A stretch of DNA of 64,000 nt, taken from assembly GCF_017640745.1 (NCBI RefSeq), contig NZ_JAEPQA010000005.1, forward strand, positions 25,087-89,086, in the 5' to 3' direction. Under the pieces are notes generated by a model. That model made no database searches. It was given only the letters and a program-made list of their open reading frames with translations, and was not told the DNA's origin. The position numbers and the translations under genes were made by a program. Source of the stretch: Nisaea sp. (GTDB lineage: Bacteria > Pseudomonadota > Alphaproteobacteria > Thalassobaculales > Thalassobaculaceae). Shown here one piece after another: positions 58,713 to 64,000 of the stretch (positions within the stretch are counted from its first letter, which is position 1; the number at the start of each line of letters is the position of its first letter).

Positions 58713-58744
58713 GGGCTGGCCCGATCGGAGCCAGCCCCTTTTTT
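58713..58744. terminator. Bidirectional Rho-independent terminator between ctrA and cheR
   Basis: The stem GGGGCTGGC-ccgatcgga-GCCAGCCCC is followed by TTTTT and preceded by AAAAA. Confidence 0.75.
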
Positions 58745-58773
58745 GTGTCCCGAACCGCCTGCCGGCCGCGGTG

Positions 58774-59610
58774 TCAGATCGCGGCCTTCTGACCTCCGGC
58801 ACCGGTCGGCATGTACATGCCGCGCTGACCCTTCACCGGCTGGAACTTGTCCGTGATGCTGATCACGGTTTCGGCGCCGCCAAGGTAGAGATACCCGTCC
58901 GGAGCCATTTGCCGGGAGATCCCGTCGAGCACCTGACGCTTGGTGTTCTGATCGAAATAGATCAGAACGTTGCGGCAGAATACGACGTCGAAATTGCCAA
59001 GGGCGCGCGGATCCTGCAGCAGGTTGAACTCACGGAAGGTCACCATCCGGCGGATCTTCTCGTTCAGCTGCCAGCGATCCCCGTCCTGCTGGAAATACTT
59101 CACCAGCAATTGGACCGGCAGACCGCGCTGCACTTCGAACTGCGAATAGATGCCGGAACGGGCACGCGCGATCATCTCGCTGGAAATGTCTGTGGCGATG
59201 ATCTCGATGCGCCAGCCGGCAAGCCTGGCGGACAATTCGTCGAGGATCATGGAAAGCGAATACGGTTCCTGCCCCGAAGAGCAGGCGGCGCTCCAGATCC
59301 GGATCTGCTTCTTCGCCGCACGGGTCTCAAGTAGCTTCGGCAGCACGACGGTCTTGAACTGCTCGAAGGGAGTCCGATCGCGGAAAAACAGGGACTCGTT
59401 CGTGGTCATCGCGTCGGTGATGGAATTGACCAGCCGCTCGTCCCGCCGGGAACGGAGCGTCGATACGATCTGTTCGATGGAATTCAGCCCGTGGCTGCGC
59501 GCAACCGGCTGCAGCCGCGTTTCAAGCAGATATCCTTTGTCGGGAGTGAGAACGAGACCCGACTGTTTGTACAGCAGACTGGACAGGAATTCGAAATCTG
59601 AGCTGTTCAT
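58774..59610 (-). CDS. cheR: Chemotaxis methyltransferase CheR
   Basis: Contains N-terminal FEFLSSLLYKQSGLVL, then ETRLQPV, TTNESLFFRD, the SAM-binding site IRIWSAACSSGQEPYSLSM, and FCRNVLIYFD. Confidence 0.93.
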   Translation of the reverse strand: MNSSDFEFLSSLLYKQSGLVLTPDKGYLLETRLQPVARSHGLNSIEQIVSTLRSRRDERLVNSITDAMTTNESLFFRDRTPFEQFKTVVLPKLLETRAAKKQIRIWSAACSSGQEPYSLSMILDELSARLAGWRIEIIATDISSEMIARARSGIYSQFEVQRGLPVQLLVKYFQQDGDRWQLNEKIRRMVTFREFNLLQDPRALGNFDVVFCRNVLIYFDQNTKRQVLDGISRQMAPDGYLYLGGAETVISITDKFQPVKGQRGMYMPTGAGGQKAAI

Positions 59611-59616
59611 ACCAGC

Positions 59617-60804
59617 CTACCCCCTCGCCAACCGCTGGACGCTGGCGCCGATATCCGTAACTGGGAGAACTTCGCAGCACAATCCCGCTTGCGCAACCGC
59701 TCCCGGCATGCCCCAGACCACACTCGTCGTTTCATCCTGGGCGATCACGTCGCCGCCGGCCTCGACAACCGCGCGGCACCCCTCGCGACCGTCATGCCCC
59801 ATTCCGGTCAATATCACCGCAAGCACGCGACCATAGGCCTTGATCAGGCTCCGCATCATCGGATCGACCGCCGGACGGCAGAAATTCTCCGGCGGCTCCT
59901 GATTGAGCGCGATCACCTTTTCGGTGCCTTCCGCTTTCACGGTCATGTGATAACCGCCCGGAGCCAGATAGATCCGCCCCGGCGCCACCACGTCCCCCGA
60001 TTTTGCCTCGGAACAGACCCAGCCAGAGGATTTCGTGATGTGCTCCGCCAGGATCGTCGTGAAGGTCGGCGGCATATGTTGCGTGACCAGAATCGGCTGG
60101 CGGATCGTTTTCGGAATATCGGCCAGCACCTTGAACAGGGCCTGCGGCCCCCCGGTCGAACTGCCGATCCCGATCACCTCCGGCTTCCGGCCGCTCGGTT
60201 TTCTGAGCGTGAATTGCGCGGATGCAGCCGGAGCCGGACGCGCTGCGGCGGGGCGGGCTGCGGCCGGTCGTGCCGGCGCGTCCGTCTTGCCTGGTGCGGC
60301 GGTGCGTGCGGTAGCGGGAGCACCGGACGGCTGGGCAGCGCCCACCTTGCGGCGGCGCTGCGCACCGAAAGCCTTCACCTTGCTCAATAGATCGCTCGGG
60401 AAATCGGCCGCGCCCGTCATTTCGGAGGTCGAACTCGGTTTGGTCAAATAGTCGCGAGCGCCGAGCGACAATGCCTTGAGGGAGATTTCCGCGTTCCGTG
60501 CTGTCAGGGTCGATGCCATGACGATCTGCACTTTCGGATCGACTTTCAGAAGTTCCGGAAGCGCCGTGATGCCGTCCATCCGCGGCATCTCGATGTCGAG
60601 CACGATGATCTCGACGTCATTGTTCTTGAGAGTATCGATAGCGCGCTGCCCGTCGCCGACCGATGCAACGATCTTGACGTCGGGATCGGCCTCGAGAAAT
60701 CGGGTGAAGAGCCCGCGGATCACCGCGGAATCATCCACCAGCATGACTCGGTACGGGTCATTCGACCGCGGTTTTGACGCCGCGGACGTAATAGTTCCGC
60801 GCAT
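59617..60804 (-). CDS. cheB: Chemotaxis methylesterase CheB (REC + long Ala/Pro linker + esterase)
   Basis: The receiver reads VMLVDDSAVIR..LDIEMPRMDG. The linker carries ARPAAARPAAARPAPAA. The esterase domain carries VIGIGSSTGGPQAL, LTGMGHDG and VWGMPG. Confidence 0.93.
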   Translation of the reverse strand: MRGTITSAASKPRSNDPYRVMLVDDSAVIRGLFTRFLEADPDVKIVASVGDGQRAIDTLKNNDVEIIVLDIEMPRMDGITALPELLKVDPKVQIVMASTLTARNAEISLKALSLGARDYLTKPSSTSEMTGAADFPSDLLSKVKAFGAQRRRKVGAAQPSGAPATARTAAPGKTDAPARPAAARPAAARPAPAASAQFTLRKPSGRKPEVIGIGSSTGGPQALFKVLADIPKTIRQPILVTQHMPPTFTTILAEHITKSSGWVCSEAKSGDVVAPGRIYLAPGGYHMTVKAEGTEKVIALNQEPPENFCRPAVDPMMRSLIKAYGRVLAVILTGMGHDGREGCRAVVEAGGDVIAQDETTSVVWGMPGAVAQAGLCCEVLPVTDIGASVQRLARG

Positions 60805-61170
60805 CTACAACAACCCGATCTGAGAGAACTTGGTTTCAATGATCTCGCTGTCGAACGGCTTCATGATGTACTCGTTGGCACCGGCGGCCAGCGCTTCCTG
60901 AATGTGGGCCATGTCGTTTTCCGTGGTGCAGAACACCACCAGCGGCCGGTCACCTTCCGGAAGCTTTCGGAGTTCGCGCAGGAATTCGATCCCGCTCATT
61001 ACGGGCATGTTCCAGTCAAGCAGAACGGCATCGGGAAGTTCGGCTTTGCAGACGTCCAGTGCAATCTGTCCGTCTTCGGCTTCGGAAGTCTCGAACTTCA
61101 GCTCTTCGAGGATCTTCCGGGCCACCATACGAACGACCTTGGAGTCATCCACAATCAGACAGGTCTTCAT
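60805..61170 (-). CDS. cheY: Chemotaxis response regulator CheY (second copy, che operon)
   Basis: 121-aa single receiver domain. Motifs are CLIVDDSKVVR, AVLLDWNMPVMSG, FCTTEN and EYIMKPF. Confidence 0.9.
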   Translation of the reverse strand: MKTCLIVDDSKVVRMVARKILEELKFETSEAEDGQIALDVCKAELPDAVLLDWNMPVMSGIEFLRELRKLPEGDRPLVVFCTTENDMAHIQEALAAGANEYIMKPFDSEIIETKFSQIGLL

Positions 61171-61229
61171 CTAATAGCTCCGCGAATCGTCACGCGTAGA
61201 TTGTCGCACACTCTTCCGAGCGATGCACT

Positions 61230-61721
61230 CTAGGCCGCTTCCTCACCCTGGAACCGCAGGAGCGACGGTACATCAAATACAACCAGAAGACTGCTATCGA
61301 GACGATAGATTCCGGTCGAGACCTCACGGATATTCTCGCTCAACGTCGAGGGATGCTGTTCGAAGGTCGCTTCATCCAGCGAGAGCACCTCGCCGACCGA
61401 GTCCACCATCAGGCTGTAAAGCTCGCCCTGGTCTTCGACAACCACGCTCATGCCTTCTTGATCGTCGGCTCTCGGCGGCATGTTGAGGCGGCTCCGGATG
61501 TCGATCGCCGTCACGATGCGGCCGCGCAGATTGAGCGATCCGGCCACTTCCTTCGGAGAGAGCGGGATCCGGGTTATCCGCTGCGGTCCAAGCACATCAT
61601 GCACCTGAAGCACCGGAATTCCGAAGAGCTGTTTGCCGATCATGATCGAGACGAACTGCTTCAGCTCGCCAAGCGCGATAAGGCTTTGCCCGGTGGATTG
61701 AGTCGCAGGTAGGTCGGTCAT
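61230..61721 (-). CDS. cheW: Chemotaxis coupling protein CheW
   Basis: The ATG at 61721, 7 nt after the cheA stop, gives MTDLPATQ..FVSIMIGKQLFGIPVLQVHDVL..VAGSLNLRGRIVTAIDIR, the CheW domain pattern. The longer tracked ORF overlaps cheA. Confidence 0.9.
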   Translation of the reverse strand: MTDLPATQSTGQSLIALGELKQFVSIMIGKQLFGIPVLQVHDVLGPQRITRIPLSPKEVAGSLNLRGRIVTAIDIRSRLNMPPRADDQEGMSVVVEDQGELYSLMVDSVGEVLSLDEATFEQHPSTLSENIREVSTGIYRLDSSLLVVFDVPSLLRFQGEEAA

Positions 61722-61728
61722 CAGTCCC

Positions 61729-64000
61729 TCACGCGTCGATGGTTTGCGCCAGCGTTTCGAGCAGCGCGTCACGGTCAAGTTTGGCGATATAGTCCGTGAA
61801 GCCGACTTCACGGCCACGGTCGAGATCACGCGGACTCGTGTGCGACGAGAGCGCGATGATCGGTGTCTCCTGCCAGCGGTCGATCGAGCGCAGACGGCGG
61901 GTCAATTCGAAGCCGTCCATACCAGGCATCTCGATATCGCTGATGATGGCATCGAAATCGGCACCGTTCTCGCAGAGATCGAGAGCGGCTTCAGCATGCT
62001 CGGCGATCGTCACCTCATAGCCCGCCACCGAGAGCAGCGGTTTGATGAGATTGCGGAAGAACGCGCTGTCGTCCACCAGCAGGACCCGCCGCGACGCCTC
62101 GGGCTCCTGGCTGTCGCTGTCGGCGGAGCCGAACCAGTCGCCATAGGCCTGGGTCAGGTAGTAACCCGCGTCGATGACTTCTGTCGCCTTGCCGGCGATG
62201 ACCGCACTGCCCATGAGCCACGGATGGTCCGGACGGACCTCGATATGGATCCGGTCCTCGACGATGTCGACGATCTCGTCGACGATCAGGCCCATGGAGC
62301 GGTCGTTGTCCGTGAAGACGAGCACCGGCTGGCGACCTTCCATCTCGAGCTTCATGTCCTCGACCATCGGGATCAGAGGCATGAGCTGGCCGCGATATTG
62401 CACCAGCGGCCGGCCTTCGGAGTATTCCACAGAGGCGAGATCGATCTCTTCCAGGCGCGCGACAAGTGCGAGCGGCACGGCCTTCGGGCTCTTGCCCCCG
62501 GCGCGGAAGAGAAGCAGCGAGGAGACGTCGGAACGGTGCGCCAGCTGACGCGCGGTATCCTTGGCATCCTCGTCGACCATCTTGAGCTCCCCGCTGGCGG
62601 CGGCGATCCCGTTCGGATCGAGGATCATGATCACGCTGCCATCGCCGAGAATGGTGTTGCCGGAGAAGAGCGTGATGTTGCGCAGGATCGGCGCCACCGG
62701 CTTGACCACGATTTCCTCGGTGTCGAACACCCGATCCACCATGATGCCGACCGAATAGGTACCGATCTGAAGCACGACGATGAAGGTCTCCTGCGGCATC
62801 TCCTCGACACCCTCGTCGAGCCGGAGCAGACGCCGGAGCGAAACCAGAGGCAGCAGGCGATTGCGGAGACGCAGCACCGGCGTGCCGTGGACTTCCTCGA
62901 TCTTGTGCTCGCTGTTGCTCGACGCCCGGACCAGTTCCACGACGCTGAGCTGCGGGATGGCGAAACGCTCGCCGCCGGCCTCCACGATCAGCGCCGAAAC
63001 GATGGCCAGGGTCAGCGGGATCTTGATGATGAAGGTCGAGCCCCTGCCGAAAACCGACTTCAGCTCGATGGTGCCGCCGATCTTCTCGATATTGGTGCGC
63101 ACGACGTCCATGCCCACACCCCGGCCGGAGACTGAAGTGACCTGGGCGGCCGTCGAGAAGCCCGCACGGAAGATGAACTGCTGGATCTGCTGCTCGGACA
63201 GTGAGTCGGCTTCGGACTCGGCGACCAGACCGTTGGCGATCGCCTTAGCCTTGATCTTCTCCGGATCGAGGCCTTTGCCGTCGTCCTTGATCTCGATGAT
63301 GATGTGACCGCCTTCGTGATAGGCGTTCAGCGTGATGGTTCCGCCTTCCGGCTTCCCGGCCGCGACACGGTCGGCACCCTCCTCGATACCATGATCGGCC
63401 GAGTTGCGAACCATGTGGGTCAGCGGATCCTTGATCAGCTCAAGCACCTGGCGGTCGAGTTCGGTATCGGCACCGAGCATCACCAGATCGATCTTCTTGT
63501 TCAATTCAATCGAAAGATCGCGGACGAGACGCGGCAGCTTCGACCAGGCATTGCCGATCGGCTGCATGCGCGTCTTCATGACGCCTTCCTGCAGTTCGGA
63601 CGTGACCTGGCTGAGACGCTGCAGCGGAACGGTGAACTCGCTGTCCTTCTCATTCCGGGAGATCTGCATCAGCTGGTTACGGGTCAGCACTAGCTCGCTG
63701 ACCATGGTCATCAGGTTTTCGAGCAGATCGACATTGACGCGGATCGTCTGGTTCGCGACCGCGGATTCACGAACCTGCTTGTCCTGCTCCGGCTGCTTCG
63801 CGACACTCTGCCCGCCGCTGACGGCGACTTCCTTTTTCGCGGCCGGCGGCGGCGCTTCGGCAGCAGGTTCCGGCTCGGCCGGTTCTTCTGCAGCCTCGGC
63901 TTCCGGCTCTTCGGCGGCCATGTCTTCCGGACCGGGCGCTTCCATGAAGGCGCGCTCCAGTTCGTCCAGGCTGACTTCTCCCGGCTTCAGTTCGCGGTCG
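61729..64000 (-). CDS. cheA: Chemotaxis histidine kinase CheA with C-terminal receiver domain (CheA-REC hybrid); N-terminus beyond the right edge
   Basis: The frame stays open upstream of the tracked Met through position 64000 (..DRELKPGEVSLDELERAFMEAPG..). It contains the dimerisation region, HATPase blocks (HMVRNSADHGIE, DDGKGLD, GRGVGMDVV), a CheW-like domain and the terminal REC (VLLVDDSAFFR..SDIEMPGMDG). The Hpt domain is not in the window. Confidence 0.92.
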   Translation of the reverse strand, partial: DRELKPGEVSLDELERAFMEAPGPEDMAAEEPEAEAAEEPAEPEPAAEAPPPAAKKEVAVSGGQSVAKQPEQDKQVRESAVANQTIRVNVDLLENLMTMVSELVLTRNQLMQISRNEKDSEFTVPLQRLSQVTSELQEGVMKTRMQPIGNAWSKLPRLVRDLSIELNKKIDLVMLGADTELDRQVLELIKDPLTHMVRNSADHGIEEGADRVAAGKPEGGTITLNAYHEGGHIIIEIKDDGKGLDPEKIKAKAIANGLVAESEADSLSEQQIQQFIFRAGFSTAAQVTSVSGRGVGMDVVRTNIEKIGGTIELKSVFGRGSTFIIKIPLTLAIVSALIVEAGGERFAIPQLSVVELVRASSNSEHKIEEVHGTPVLRLRNRLLPLVSLRRLLRLDEGVEEMPQETFIVVLQIGTYSVGIMVDRVFDTEEIVVKPVAPILRNITLFSGNTILGDGSVIMILDPNGIAAASGELKMVDEDAKDTARQLAHRSDVSSLLLFRAGGKSPKAVPLALVARLEEIDLASVEYSEGRPLVQYRGQLMPLIPMVEDMKLEMEGRQPVLVFTDNDRSMGLIVDEIVDIVEDRIHIEVRPDHPWLMGSAVIAGKATEVIDAGYYLTQAYGDWFGSADSDSQEPEASRRVLLVDDSAFFRNLIKPLLSVAGYEVTIAEHAEAALDLCENGADFDAIISDIEMPGMDGFELTRRLRSIDRWQETPIIALSSHTSPRDLDRGREVGFTDYIAKLDRDALLETLAQTIDA

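Overview
This GC-rich window is almost entirely a flagellar and chemotaxis super-locus from an alphaproteobacterium. I saw no rRNA, tRNA, CRISPR array, transposase or integrase. All calls come from reading the supplied ORF translations and the DNA by eye, against motifs recalled from memory. No database search was run.

**Gene content, left to right**
- The 5' end of recA, with SOS boxes upstream.
- A CckA-like hybrid histidine kinase.
- flhB-fliR-fliQ-fliE-flgC-flgB on the minus strand.
- A divergent unit: an FlhB C-terminal-domain-only gene, a hypothetical, then fliO-fliP.
- A long minus-strand block: fliL-fliM, a membrane hypothetical, a motE-like gene, cheY-cheZ, a degenerate motB-like gene, motB, and a 1221-aa secreted beta-module/TPR protein.
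- flgF-flgG-flgA-flgH, then dksA, then fliX divergent from flgI, an flgJ rod-binding-domain-only gene and an flgN-like gene.
- A TPR-only protein, a flaG-like gene, flgL and flgK.
- A filament island: three flagellins, two flaF, one flbT and three paralogous TPR + glycosyltransferase (FlmG-like) proteins.
- fliK-flgD-flgE, then sciP.
- fliF-fliH-fliN-motA-flbD-flhA-flhF-flhG followed by an 847-aa Pro/Ala/Gln-rich protein.
- fliJ-fliI, ctrA, and a cheA(REC hybrid, truncated by the right edge)-cheW-cheY-cheB-cheR operon.

**Regulation**
- The regulatory parts list is Caulobacter-like: CckA, CtrA, SciP, FlbD, FliX, FlbT and FlaF.
- I found seven correctly spaced sigma54 (-24 GG / -12 GC) promoters in front of rod, ring, hook, hook-associated-protein (HAP), fliL and one flagellin transcription units.
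- A CCCGGCA(A/G) motif recurs in the control regions, including a 21-bp perfect palindrome. I interpret it tentatively as an FlbD site.
- Two perfect TTAA-N7-TTAA (CtrA-type) boxes are present.

**Most interesting items**
1. The stator operon, with a giant periplasmic protein and an Asp-less MotB paralog.
2. The three FlmG-like paralogs.
3. A second FliK-like ruler candidate downstream of flhG.
4. A free-standing FlhB-CC-like protein.
5. A short CheZ inside a motor operon.

**Not seen in the window:** fliG, fliD, fliS, an MCP, rpoN and sugar-biosynthesis genes.
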